Assembly (NCBI RefSeq): GCF_009914755.1
Contig: NC_060933.1
Strand: one strand, 5' to 3'
Length of the DNA: 64,000 nucleotides
From: the human T2T-CHM13v2.0 reference genome, Homo sapiens
Positions 10,397 through 24,810 of the stretch are shown piece after piece (position 1 is the stretch's first letter; each line of letters begins with the position of its first letter). The notes under the pieces are model-generated. The model did no database searches, was not told the origin of the DNA, and saw nothing but the letters and a program-made list of their open reading frames with translations. A program made the translations under genes and the position numbers.

Positions 10397-13300
10397 CTTT
10401 GTTCCAGTATTCTTAAGATTCAGACTCATATGTATTCTTTACTGTTGCTTCATGTTAGGTCTCATTGAGGTCTCTTTCCTACCCCCTGCATGCCTATAAT
10501 GTCCCAGACCAAGAGTTTTTTTGTGAGTTTGTCCTACGTAAGTGGTCTAATGGCCAAGAGTGGAGAAGACAGTCAGTCCTGGGGTGTTCAATGTTGTCTT
10601 GCAAGGGAGAGGCCTATGCATCATCTTCAGGTAAGGGAGGAGCATTAGTCTTTGGTAGAGAGGAATGGGCTAGTTGTGTAACCCCAGAAGGTTCAGGAGA
10701 AGAAGAAGAATGAAAATTTTCAATGCATGTACCTGAATGCCTCCATCCCAAGTTTCAGGACCTTGTTGACACACAATAATGGACCTGACCTTGACAGAGA
10801 AGACTTGCAGGGATTGAGAATTCAACTCACTATACATCTCTACTTCCCTTAAGTCCTGGGCCTGACATTTAGCTTTTTCTTCCTGTGTTGAGAAAGATGA
10901 AAGACCATTTGTGCTGTTTAGGAGGTCATCTGGCTTTACACTTCACCCTAAATTGGTGATAACACTCAGACATTCATTAACATTTCCAATATTTACCTTC
11001 ACCAACAGTCAGCAACTTTCATAGTCCTTATAAGTACTATTAATATTTACCCCAAATTTCTCAAAGATAAGACATTCTGCCCACTATTGGGTTCATTCCA
11101 CTTATATTTCACCTCTTTTCAGCACTGATGAAAGTGGAACAGTTGCTCTGGTACAGCATGGGTGATGTCATTCTCACTTCTAGCCAACAAGTGGGCAACC
11201 CAGCAGAAGGGTGACTTTAGAATCTGCTTCCTCCAATCACATCTGGTACAAAATGTCTGTGTTAAATTCCCCAGGAACCCAACTCTGAAAGAGAGATTTT
11301 CATACATGCAGTTTATTTGGGAGTTCCCTACAGAACAACACCTGCAAGGGAGTGAGGGAAGCTGGATTGGGTAGAAGAAAAAGTTGAACTGCAATACGGT
11401 TGCAATAAAGACCTTATTGGTCCCCTCAGGGAGCTCTGGACCTAGGATGGATATTCTAAATTGTTCTCAATTGAAACAAAGGAACCAAATCTGTTTTAAC
11501 AAGTCATTGATGTGGGTTGACCTCTGCAAGGAACCCAACTTTAGGCACAGGAGGTTCCTTGGGCAGAGAATTCCTAGAGTAGGACTCACCTGTGTTTAGT
11601 CAACATATCCAGCAGCTGAGCAAATGAGACTTCCTTAGAAGCAGGGGGTAGGAAATTGATCTGATTAGCAAACCACTGCATCTACTACACTGTGCTCCCA
11701 GTAGCAGACAAAATGAAAGTACCATAAAAGTTGAGAAGAGGGTAAGGAAACTTTGTATAAAAAATAATAAGGCATAAATATAGAAGAGCATACTTTTTTT
11801 GTGAGTGATAGCAAATTGTTTGGGTTATACTAAAAAATGCAACAAAAAAGTATACATGAAAGATGCCTAAAGTATAATAGGTATAAATGGGAAATAAGTC
11901 AATCGGAGCAGAGTGTGAAGGGGTATAGATACCAGAGGAAGGAGTATGGGCTTTATTTAGTAAGCAATTGGAAAGTTTTTTGAGTTAAAGATGACATAAA
12001 CTTGAGTTGAAAATTAAATAAAACATTTTTCTGATTTGTCTAATTCAGTCTATTGATTGTTCAGTTTCAGTTTACAACACATTTTTATCTATTTTAAAGA
12101 TACTTCCAATACGATTCCCTCCTTCATTTCCTCTTTCTGTGTATGTTATATACACTGCATTCTTCCCTTAATAGCAGAAAAAAAGAACCAAGTACCTGGT
12201 TGGCTTGCAAAAAAGAGATTTGCATAGAAAAAGTCTACTAGGAGTAATATATTTGACAGTTTTGAATAAGCAATAACATGTGATGATTTTCTTATTGTAC
12301 TTCAATTATCTGAGAAGTATGAAAACCATTACTCGAGTCGTTAAAGTTAGAATGAACAGTGGGGAATTCACTCTAGGAAGAAAATGTTTCTGTTGGCAGA
12401 ATGCTGAAACAGTTAATCACATAATTATGCAACCCCTCATATCTATTTACCTAAACTTTATTTAAATTAATATGACTTTTGCCTGTTGCCTTGGAATATC
12501 AACTTCTAAAGCCATTTGGTAGCTATACAATGTACTCTAACAGAGTACTTACTGATTTTCTATGTTTTCTACTTCTGCTTTTAGTCCAGGATGTGCTGAC
12601 ATAAACTCCTATAACTCCATCTCTGCTTTACTTGGGAACACCATGATAATCAGCAATTTCTACAATCTGTTTTCTAAATGGTAAGACAAGTGGTATTTCA
12701 ACACTAAGTGCCAGAAAAGTAACGATGCCACCAGGTTGTTTACTTTTCCCTATTCTGTTTCTAATGACTCAAAGCAGAGTATGACTACACAGACTATCTT
12801 ACAAATTCCCTTTTTACTTTACATTTGTCACTAAAATTCCACAGAACGTTTGCATTACAGTGTTTCAGTCTGAAAAGTAGTACAGCTTGCTGGTGAAATA
12901 AAACTTGCTGACACATCAATGAGTGAAAGCCTACAGGATAGGTGGTGGGAGTGGGGAGGCTGTCAGTGAAGTTAGCAAGTCTTTGAAAGGCAGTCAAAAA
13001 AAAAAATAAACAGTAAGAAATGTTTGCACCATCCTCTGGACACTAAGTATGGTCCTGATCAATTAACAGGGGATCAGTGTTCTCTCTGGGGATGGTTTCC
13101 TTCACATGGACATACAGGCAGAGACACACCTCAACTGTACAATGGACATATGGATCTCATTGGACCATTATGACATCTCTATGAGCTAGGAAGACTCAGG
13201 ATCATTCACTATATACAGATGAGAGAATGAAACCAAAAGAAGTTATCCAAGATGGAATAATCCATACAAGTTATCCAGGATGGAATAATTCGTAAGTGGC

Positions 13301-13649
13301 AACAGAATCAGTGTTGAGCATAAGCTACCTCTTTCAAACTGTGCTAATTTCACCTCATCACACACCTTCTGACTTTGAGAGCTTAGCTATTTGGTTGACC
13401 TAAATTGTAACTTAGTAGAAAATACATACCTGAGTCTCTTCTGTTCATATCCAGAGAAAGAACTCTTCAAGGAATGGTTTGGTGCTTTTGATTACATCTC
13501 AAATTTCAAGATCAGAAACACAAAAGCTGAACCAAAGTCCCCAACTTAAAATTAAAGGCTTCACAGGGCACCACATCACCTATGAATTATTCTTACTCAC
13601 AATTTGAATTCTTACCTAGTCACAAGTTGAATATGGCACATTCTTCAAA

Positions 13650-14480
13650 ACAGCTGGCCTGGATCCCTCAAAATCATCAGTGACATTGAAGACAATAAAA
13701 GGAGGTGACTGTTCTGGATTAATAGAAAAAAAAAATGGCAATTAAATGTAATGCGTGATTGGATCCCAGATCGGAGGAAGTTATTGGGACAATTGGTGGA
13801 ATTTAAAATAGGGATTTTACACTAGGTAATATTATAGTGATGTGAAATTATGTGAGAGTGATTATGGCATGTAGGAGAATGGCACTGTTCTTACAAGATA
13901 TATGCTGAAGTATGTAGAGGTGAAGAATCATGATATCTGCACATTATGTACAAATGATTCAGTAGAAATTATATGTCTATATGTATTAGACATGTTTCTA
14001 TTTTATAAAGTTATATATTATATAATTATATATTATTAAATATATAAATATATAATTATATAATATATATTTTATAATTATATATTATTAAATATATAAA
14101 TATATAATTATATAATTTATATTATATAATTATATATTATATAATATATATTATATATTATATAATATATAATTATATAATATATAATTATATAATATAT
14201 AATTTTATAAAATATAAATATGTTTAAATTTATATATAAATTATATTTATATAATTTTATAAAATATAAATTTTTATATAATAAAACATATAAATATATA
14301 TAATTATTACATAAAATGTATATATACATATATTAAATAAAATAATTATATACATATAATTTTATATAGTATAAAATACATAGAGAAGCAATTGTGGTGA
14401 AATTAACAACTAGCAAGTCTAGGATGATACATGGGTGTTCTTTGTAATATTCTCTTAACTTTTCCATTGGTTTGAGATCT
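13650..14480 (+). mobile_element. Old L1M 3' end interrupted by an AT-rich expansion
   Basis: L1M-like 3'UTR motifs (aattaaatgtaatgcgtgattggatccc...; gggtgttctttgtaatattctcttaacttt). Confidence 0.55.
14010..14378. repeat. AT-rich (TA/TATAAT) low-complexity repeat
   Basis: About 370 bp of almost pure A/T with repeated tataattatatattattaaatatataaa units. Confidence 0.95.
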
Positions 14481-16179
14481 CTCAACAGAGAGTGGGGCAA
14501 AAATGGAAATAACACAATAAGATTTTTTTCTGAACTGTTTAATTAATTTTATTTGGATTATAGTAACTTTACATAAGCTATTATTAATGCTACTTGAACA
14601 TCTGGTGAAGACATTACACAGTATTGGGTTTCTGTATGACTGGGCAAAACTTACTTTAAGCCTTGAGATAGTTTTGCTTTGTAGTATTATTTCTAGCATG
14701 AGTATTAACCTTTTCCTTTAGTAGTAATGAAATAAATAAAAATATGAGAAGAATGGGGAATGAGAGAAAAAAGAAAAATAGGGAGGAAAGAAAGAAAAGT
14801 GTCTTTCTATATTTTCATTGATTAGTTCCTTCTTTAGCTAAATTCAAGGCACTTTTCAAGTGTCACCTCCAACACCATCTACTACAGAAGGCCATAGATA
14901 AAGCCCCATATCTCCTTGTCTTTCCTTCTTCTTTTCTGCTCTTGGGATCCTCATCATCTCATGATGTAGTTCATATGACATTGGGCAGGAAGTGAAGTGG
15001 TTAAAAACTGTCTCAAGCTACTGTGACTGGGGAAACTTCAGAGGATATAACCAGACATTTCTGGCCAGGTGCTGGTGGTGTTAGTCTATACTTCCTCTTC
15101 CAGTAATCCCACAACATTTTTTACCTCCATTCATATTCCTGGATGTTTTTGTTTTGGAACTGAGGAATGACAAAAAGGAAAAGCCTAGAAAAAAAGGAGG
15201 GGAAGAATGGGCAAGCCTCTGACATCTATTTTGTTTTCATCCCTCTGGTCACAGTTTGACATCTATTATTAAGTGCTGAAACTCATAAGTTTTGCACTCT
15301 TCAATGAAGAATATTTGGGCATTTGGGGGAAAAGGAGGGCACAGAAAAGGAAGTGGCACCGAACAGGAAAAAGAATGTTCTTTCTGCCTCTGAGTAGAAC
15401 CCAGCACCCTTCTGGCATCATGAAGAAAGTCAGGGAGCACCCAGGGGTGGCACTGTGATCAGAACATGGACATTTTCAAGATGATTAAAGTTTTTCCAAA
15501 TAATTTCATAGGTAAAGGACAAGGACAGATGGAAATCAGAGCAAAAGATAAAAAGGAGGAAAGACATGAGGACGTGGCTCCATCTAACAAAATGGTCTGT
15601 AGGCACATGTAAGGGCTCCTTGTGGCCTCCTCTGCGAAGGTCCTGCCTTCATTTTGGAGAGGGCTAGCTACAGAACAAACCTTGATGTTATGAGTAAGAC
15701 CCATGATCTTGTATAATGGCTGGGTTTTATTTTTAGCTCATGCTCCAACAGATATTTGCTCTTCCTACCAAAATAAACTTCCAATGCCCTTCTATCAACA
15801 GATAGTGCAGGGAACAAACCCTGCTGGGAAATGTCTCCATCTAAGAGCTGAAACACACTCAAAGAACTCTAATAGGGTCAGTAGGCCAGTGAGCTGCAGC
15901 CCCCACATACATTATTATTAACAAATTTAACAAGCATTCATTACTCAGCAGAGCATATGAAAAGGAAGAAAACCCCCCACAGAAATTGCTGAAAAAGACT
16001 CCTTAATTAAACACTGTACTTACAGCAGTTGCAAAGTCAAAAAAGAAAGGAATTCCTAAGTTTACAAAGATGGGTCTCAAAGCAAGATGGTAACATACAG
16101 TGCACACATCCCAGGAGAGACAGAGAAACATGGAACATGTTAGAACATAACCACAGCCAGAAAATGAACTCTTCCTTGA

Positions 16180-16430
16180 AAAGCAGTACAATATATGACC
16201 TAGGAGTTAAGAAAAGAGCCTCTAAAGAGAGGCCTGGGTTGGAATTCTAACTCTGCCACCTTTCATCTATGTGACCTCAGGAAAGTTATTTAAACTTTTT
16301 GTACCACAGTTTCCCCATTTTAAAAGTGGATTTAATGGTATCCCCCTCATGTCGTGTTGTGAAAATCAAATGAGTTAATCTTTCTGAACAGTGTCTGGAA
16401 CATAGTAAGCACCAATAAATGACAGCTATT
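16180..16430 (+). mobile_element. MIR
   Basis: MIR core: cctgggttggaattctaactctgccac...tgtgacctcaggaaagttattt...cagtttccccattt. Confidence 0.75.
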
Positions 16431-17589
16431 ATAAGATATTAATTATTGTTGGAGATAAGTAATCCAGAGGCTAAGTCATCTCAAACATCACTTCTTTCTG
16501 GGGGGGAAAACTTAAATAACAGCAAACCTCCCAGTGTCTTTCCTTTCCTCTTTTTGTTTATTAAATCTGACAACATATGCAAAACTGTATCTTGTTTTTG
16601 TCATGATCACTGTCAAATGAAGTTAAGACTTATGTTAACTGAGCCAATACACTTGAGTAGCACCACTTACAGGAATTTACCTTGATGGGGCTTATTCTTG
16701 TCTGGGTGTTTGCCTGTTGAAATAGCACCTAGGCCCACCTCCATCATGACACCACGTGGATGGATGGCCTCTTCAACTAAACAGTGAGCTCACTGATTCC
16801 AGGGCAATGGCCTTAATCAGGAGCTGAATCTGTGGTGCCTAAGCCAACACAGTGCCTGGCATTTGATAAAGTCTGCTGGTTTTACCTCCTGTTGTATGCC
16901 TGTTTTTGTTATAAGCAGCAAATATAATATTGTTATAAACTTCAAGCAGCTGGAAAAAGCCAGTGAAAGTGATTATCTTGGGATCCCAAAGATCAATTTT
17001 TCAACCTTCCCTTTTGTAATAACTTGCCTTCAAAGCAGCTAAGTTCACTGGTTTTGTTTCTATGGTCTTGCATTTCAATGTGGATTAATTTTACCTGATT
17101 ATGAATATATAATGTCAATAAGAAAGTGATTAATTTTACCTGATAATAAGTAGGTTATGCAGTGAAGTTAAGCATCAAACTACCAAATGTATCACAAGGG
17201 AGGTGTCCTCTGGGATTACCTGCCAATGACACGTCAGCTCTGCTCAGTCCAGATGATCTGAGATCAGGATATTAAAAGCCAAGAGTTGACAAATATTATA
17301 AAGGTTTAATAGTAAGGTGGAATTAGAATGACTAAAACTGAAGGAGCAAAAACCTCTAAAATGTGACCTCTTCTTCATTTCTTCCTAGTACCAGACATTT
17401 TATCTTCCGGTAGAATAGTCTTCTATCTCTGAATGGCCAGTCAATTACATAATTTGTTGTTGTTGCTCTTAAAATGTATCTGAAAGCTAATGATTTGTTC
17501 AGGATCACTCTGCAATCCAATGATGAACACAAAATCAAATTCATTACTATTAAATATTTAATAACATGAAAGATTCTGAAACTTTACAT

Positions 17590-18205
17590 TAAAAAAATTT
17601 AAGTTCAGGATCACATGTGCAGTTTGTTATATAGAGAAACTCGTGTCAGGGGGTGTTGTTGTACAGATTATTTCATCACCCAGATATTAAGCCCAGTACC
17701 CAATTTTTCTGATCTCTCCCTGCTCCCACCCTCCACCCTCAGGTAGACCCCAGTGTTTGTTATTCCCCTCTATGTGTCCGTGTGTTCTCATAATTTAGCT
17801 TCCACTTATAAGCGAGAACATGCAGTATTTGGTTTTATGTTCCTGTGTTAGTTCACTAAGGATAATGGCCTCCAGCTCCATTCATATTCCTGCAAAGGAC
17901 ATAATCTCATTCATTTTTATGGCTGCACAGTATTCAATATTGTGTATGTACCACATTTTCTTTATCCAATCTGCCACTGATGGGCGTTTAAGTTGATTCC
18001 TAAACAGGATTAACCTAAATTAGGTTAATTAGGTTGATTCCTAAATGCCCATCAATGGCAGATTGGATAAAGTGCTGCAATTTGAATAGCGCTGCAATGA
18101 ATATACACTTGCATGTGCCTTTATGGTAGAACAATTTATATTCCTTTGAGTATACAGCCAGTAATGGGATTACTGGGTGGAATGGTAGTTCTGTTTTTAG
18201 CTCTT
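17590..18205 (-). mobile_element. L1PA/L1PB 3' end fragment
   Basis: Antisense L1 3'UTR (tccacttataagcgagaacatgcagtatttggtt...). Confidence 0.85.
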
Positions 18206-18798
18206 CTACATATGAGATCTCAACTTTTAAAAGTCTTTATCTGAGATGTATTTTACCTTGATGATCAGAATTTGAATTACAATAGATTTCTAAAATGCCT
18301 CTCATTATAGTAAGAAGGTATATTTTTTTCCATAATGTATACTGTGCACATGTACTTCAAGATTTCTCCTTTAGATTTGTTAGTACTTGGTTTGTTTTCA
18401 GATCTTTGTCATAAGCCAATATAAAATGACCTAGATATTTCCCCAAATTTAAAAGTATTTACATAGAAGAAATTACAACAAAATGTGAAGTGATTTATTG
18501 AATTTGATTCTCCATTTTACATCTGGTAGGAATTGATGTAGACTTCGGATGTTACCACATGCCCCAAGCAGCTATTTTGGCTGAACAGGAAATTAAACTA
18601 TATACCTAACTGTCTGCAGTGTGTGGCACTTGTAAACTACCGGAGAGAATGGAAATACTATGACAGAATTTCCTATGATTCCTTTCTTCAGGGATGCCTG
18701 GACGTCTGTTTAGATCCCTTCAAGCTTGTAAGGTGCCTGAGGCAAAAGTCAAATGTATTCAGATGCAAGGCAGTTAGTCTCTGTCTCTTCTGCCCTTC

Positions 18799-18883
18799 CC
18801 AATTTTCTGCCATATTTGACTATTTTAGTACATAAATTAAGCAGATTTATGTATTAAAATAGTCAAATATGGCAGAAAATTGG
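18799..18883. repeat. Near-perfect 39-bp inverted repeat with a 7-nt loop
   Basis: Arms 18799-18837 and 18845-18883 are reverse complements with 1 mismatch. Confidence 0.95.
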
Positions 18884-18997
18884 AAAATTATTTTCTGTAC
18901 ATAAATTATTCCAATCTTCAGGAAACTAGCACAGTGAAATTTTGAATATTTGCTAAGTGGAATTCAGTAAGTGCTGATTGAATTTAATAAAAATTCT

Positions 18998-19812
<815 letters not shown>

Positions 19813-19944
19813 AAATATGACATTTAAACTTTTCTATAGATAGGATCTTAATTTAACAACAAAAGGAAGAGAAACAAAGAACTACCAAGACATCTAAGAA
19901 AATAGGAAATTTGGGATGTTTAGAAAACTAAAAAGGCTTACACA

Positions 19945-19988
<44 letters not shown>

Positions 19989-19990
19989 AT
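19945..19990. repeat. (TG)n(CG)n microsatellite
   Basis: Directly visible alternating purine-pyrimidine tract. Confidence 0.95.
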
Positions 19991-21674
19991 GTGTATGAAC
20001 TGTCAACTGAATTAACCATAAATTTGGGCTGATTATTGTTTATTACTACACAGTTTCATGAAAGCACATATTTTAGACAGATTTTCCTTCTTGTCCAGCA
20101 AGTAAGGATTAAGTGATTTTTATATGGTGGCAATAAAATAAATTGGAAGATAAAAAATTGAAAAAATTAGATACTGTCTTAATAAGTCAGACTGATTTAA
20201 AAGCAGCATTTAATATTTGTTGCAAACAGAACTAACAAAATGATACAGGAAGGCTTTCCATTAACAAATGAATAAATATGTTCAACTAAGCATGGACGTA
20301 TTATTATCAAGGTAAAATTAAAATAAAAAACCGTAAACCACGACAGAAATGCTGTTTTATATTGAAAAAGCCAGAATTAATAGTGTAGATACAGCAGTAT
20401 TGAACTTTTAAGCATGGAGAAATTAATAGAAATACAAGCGAAATGGCAGAATTTAAACTCTATTGGCCCATGATAAATCATGTGGTTAAAATACATAAAA
20501 TATCAGAAAATGTAATAATGGAGTGATCCCAAATTATTTGACTCACAGAGAATATCCCTTATTTTAAAATAGCCATGGATCATCTGATTTTAGAAAATAC
20601 CATAAAAATAGATTAACAGTATATATCCTACTAAAAATTTGGTCATGACATATTCTCATATCACAAATACAAATGGTTAGTAATGTATATAATAAATGAA
20701 CAAACAAATGAGAAAAATTTTTCTAAAATCACTTAACACTATCCTAAGTAATCTCTAGGAAATAATGCAGAAGGATTATTTAGAAAATAATCAAAAGAAA
20801 TATTACATAGCAAACCTACGTACTGTTGACTATAATCAGAAACAAATTTATATACTCAGATGCTTTCATTAGAAAAATGATAAAAGAAATTACTTAATTC
20901 TCCAGTTTAGACCAAAAGACTTTAAAGATTTAGGAAAAGAACAAAAGGTTGACCTGAGAAAATATTTAAAAGATAATAATAAAAGATACAAAAATTTATT
21001 TAATGTAAAATAGGAAAATAATTTACAGGTTTAATGAGAAAAAATAATTATACTAACATAAATGGAAAAATCTATTCTTAAGATTTAATTTGCATTCCTA
21101 ATAATGATACTACTAAAATATGGAATAGAAAGACATTTTCTCAACATCAAAAAATGTATATTCAGAGGAAAATGACTAACATTATAAATATGATTTAGTA
21201 CTAATGTTATTCCTAATAAAATAAGAAATAAGATGTGTTCCCTATATCTTTTGTAGGCAATATTGCTTTGACAATCTGATTAACAAGGCATGAAGCAAAA
21301 TTGAAAATCATGCATTTTTATAATTGTTCTATATTTCTAATTTATTAATTTTTGATTGACAAATCACAATTTTGTGTGTTTATGGGGTACAATGTAATTT
21401 TTTGGTCTATAAAAAAGCACGAATTATTGAAAGGAAGAAATATAATTATATGTAAACATTTGCATGTGATTACATAGCTAGAAAACCAAACAAATTAACA
21501 AAAATCTATTAGAACTTAAAAAATAATTTAGCAAGATAGCACAACAGAGCTTTCCAAATTTTAAAAATCTTCGATATATGACTACTTTTCATTTTCTCCT
21601 TTAAGGATGATCTCAAGGTATGGGGAGACTACAATAAGTTGCTGCTTGGCAACCCACACAAAAATTAGGAAACT

Positions 21675-22092
21675 GTAGTAGTTTCCTAGAGATGCTGTAA
21701 CAGATTACCACAAACTTGATAACTTAAAACTCCAGGCATTTGTTGTCTCACAATTTTGAAGTCTAGAAGTTGGAAATCAAGGTATCAGCAGCTCCATGCT
21801 TTCTCTGAAGTCTCTAGGGAAGAATCCTTCCTTGCCTCTTCTACCTTCTGGTAGTTTCCAGCCATTCTTGGGCCTCCTTGGCTAAGTGCTGCATCACTCC
21901 AATTGCTGCTTTTGTCTTCACATGGCTTTCTTCTCTGTGTGTGTGTATCTTGGTGTCTCTCTTTATAAGGACACAAGTCACTGGATTTAGGACTGACCCC
22001 AGTCTAGTATGACTTCAACTTAATTACATCTGCAAAGACCCTATTTCCAAATATGGTCACATACACAGGTTGTGGGTGGATATGAATTTTGG
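21675..22092 (-). mobile_element. MLT1 (B/C-like) LTR
   Basis: gctgtaacagattaccacaaactt...ataaggacac...attacatctgcaaagaccctatttccaaat. Confidence 0.8.
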
Positions 22093-22355
22093 TGGAACAC
22101 TATTCAACTTGATACAAAAAATATCCCCACCTTGCTTCAATTCCATCTGTTTACACATATATCAAATCTCTTGCTTTTTGCATTTTGCCCCCAGTTTCCA
22201 TCTAATCTCAACTCTCAATATGGCCAACTGTGTTTGTACTATTTACAATGGCATGGGCTGTGACTCCATGTCTGAATGGAAGTCCCATATTTACCAGGCT
22301 GGAAAAATGCAACTTTAAGAAAGAGAAGACCACTCTCATTCTTTTACCAGTGGGT

Positions 22356-22680
<325 letters not shown>

Positions 22681-23851
22681 TACCAATGGGTCTTAATCCT
22701 TACTTAGGATCAGAATTACCTAGTGAAATTCTTAAGAACACAATTGCCTGGGCTCCCATCCTGTCCTCCCAGATTGATTCAATCAGACATAGGTGGAGCC
22801 CAAGCATTTGATTCCAATGTGTGGCCGAGTTGAAAGCTACTGCCTCGTACCTTTAACTGTATCCCCAATACACAGTGAACAGAATGATCATTTAGAAAAT
22901 GTGGTCAATATGGATTCACAACAGCAAAAAAGTGCACAAATAATCAGCTAAGATTATAGGGCAGCATTGAACAAATCATTGATCTGTGACACACTATAGG
23001 GGTTGTGGATGTTAAGAAAAGGTAAGAACAAATGACAGCTTCAGTCCTAAGGAAGGTGTTTTCAATTAAGATGGAGTACAAGGGAGTAGAAAAGGAACAA
23101 TACGGTCATGTTAATATGGCTGACTAATCAAACCTTTTATTTTCAGAATTTAAAAAAGTAAAAAATGTTTGTTGCTAACTACATAGATAAATAGAAGAGT
23201 GCTTACCCTCTGGCAATTCAACCTAGTGAGGAAGCAGTTATGTAAAATAAAACAAAAATTAAAATGCAATGTATTATATGAAAGGAACATGTAAGAATAT
23301 ACTACAATTTAAAATGTGCTCATCCTTTGACCCAGAAATCCCATCTAGGGAACTCTAGTCTAATAATATAGAGTTTTATGTTAGGATATTTGTAAAAGAA
23401 TGTTTATGCACACATCATTATAGTAGGAAAAGAAAAGGAAAATAATAGAAAAAAAGAGATAAAACATACATGTCCACTAATAGAAGCAGGCTGAATAAAT
23501 TATAAAACATTTGTTTACAGAAAGACTGAGGTATATACATGATACTTTGGTTTTAGAAAAGCAAGTTCCAACATAAAGCATACTGCATAACCATATTTTT
23601 GTAAAAAGAAAATAAAAAATCTCTACATGTTTTTAAAGTTATGTATTTATTTGTTGGAATAAAGACAGAAGAGTTTAAAACAAGTTGCAAGCATTGAGTA
23701 TACTGGAGAAATCTGATTGGAGGGAGTAAGAGTACAGTCCATTTACCATTTTTCGAGTATACTTATTTTGTTTTGCTTTTGACAACAGCATGTATTACAT
23801 TTGTAATTTAAATATCTGATAAAATAATATAAGAAAATACATTATGATATT

Positions 23852-24810
23852 CTTTTATTTTTTTCTCAGTTCAAGTTTAATACAAACTACAAAAGATCAA
23901 TGGGTTGATGCCCTCTACTGACACATCATACAAATCAGTGGCCTCCCCACAATACGACTCAGGCCATCCCTTCCAAAAGAAGAAAGGCTGGTCTCTCCAC
24001 CCCCTGTAGGAAAGGCCTGCCTTGTAACACACCACAGTTCGGCTGAATCTGAAGTCTTGTATTTTACTCATGGAAAAAAAAAACCACAAAAGAGACTTTG
24101 TTCTCAGGGGTTCCCACTGCAGCCTGGCACTAAAACAGCCCAGCACTCACTCCTGCTTGGATAAATATTCTTTGCTCTTTTGGACATCAGTCTTGATAGT
24201 ATCACTGCCAGGTTTCCAGCCAGCTGGGCACACTTCCCTATGTTTGTCAGTGAACTGGAAGGCCTGAACTAGTCTCAAAGTCTCATCCACAGAGCAGTCA
24301 ACAGGGAGGTCATTTACAGTGATCTGCCGAAGAATACCCATATCATCAACGATAAAGAGGCCCCTGAATGAGATGCCTTCTTCAGCCTTTAAGATCCCAT
24401 AATCCTGAGCAATGGTGCACTTCGGGTCTGAGGCCAAAGGAATGTTCCTGGGTCCCAGTCCTCCTTGTTTCTTAGGGGTGTGGATCCATGCCAGCTGACA
24501 GAAGTGAGAATCCACAGAAGCACCAATCACTTGGCAGTTGAATTTCTTAAATTCTTCTGTATCACTGAAAGCAATGTTCTCTGTGGGGCACACAAAAGTG
24601 AAGTCAAGCGGGTAAAAGAAGAATACAACATATTTCCTTTGTAGTCAGACAGGCTGATATCTTTAAACTGACTGTCTGGCATAATGGCTGTGGCTTTGAA
24701 GTTGGGGGCAGGGTGCCCAATTTTAGCGTTTCCTGAAGACATCTTCCTATCAGCAGTCCTGACACAAGCCTCTGAGAACAAACCACCAACACCAGGCAGG
24801 AAGAGGACGC
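23852..24810 (-). pseudogene. PRDX1: Processed pseudogene of peroxiredoxin 1
   Basis: Intronless [19 protein letters not shown]...FVCPTE...[15 protein letters not shown] from ATG 24742 to stop 24147 (596 nt). It has a 1-nt frameshift near 24635, a one-codon loss near 24560, UTR remnants and a poly(A) remnant near 23852-23864. Confidence 0.96.

Noticed and set aside
14117-14329. Tyr/Ile-rich ORFs, also at 50419-50730 and 26413-26731
   Set aside because: Artefacts of simple repeats.
24147-24742. Functional PRDX1 gene
   Set aside because: Intronless and frameshifted, with a poly(A) remnant and many substitutions.
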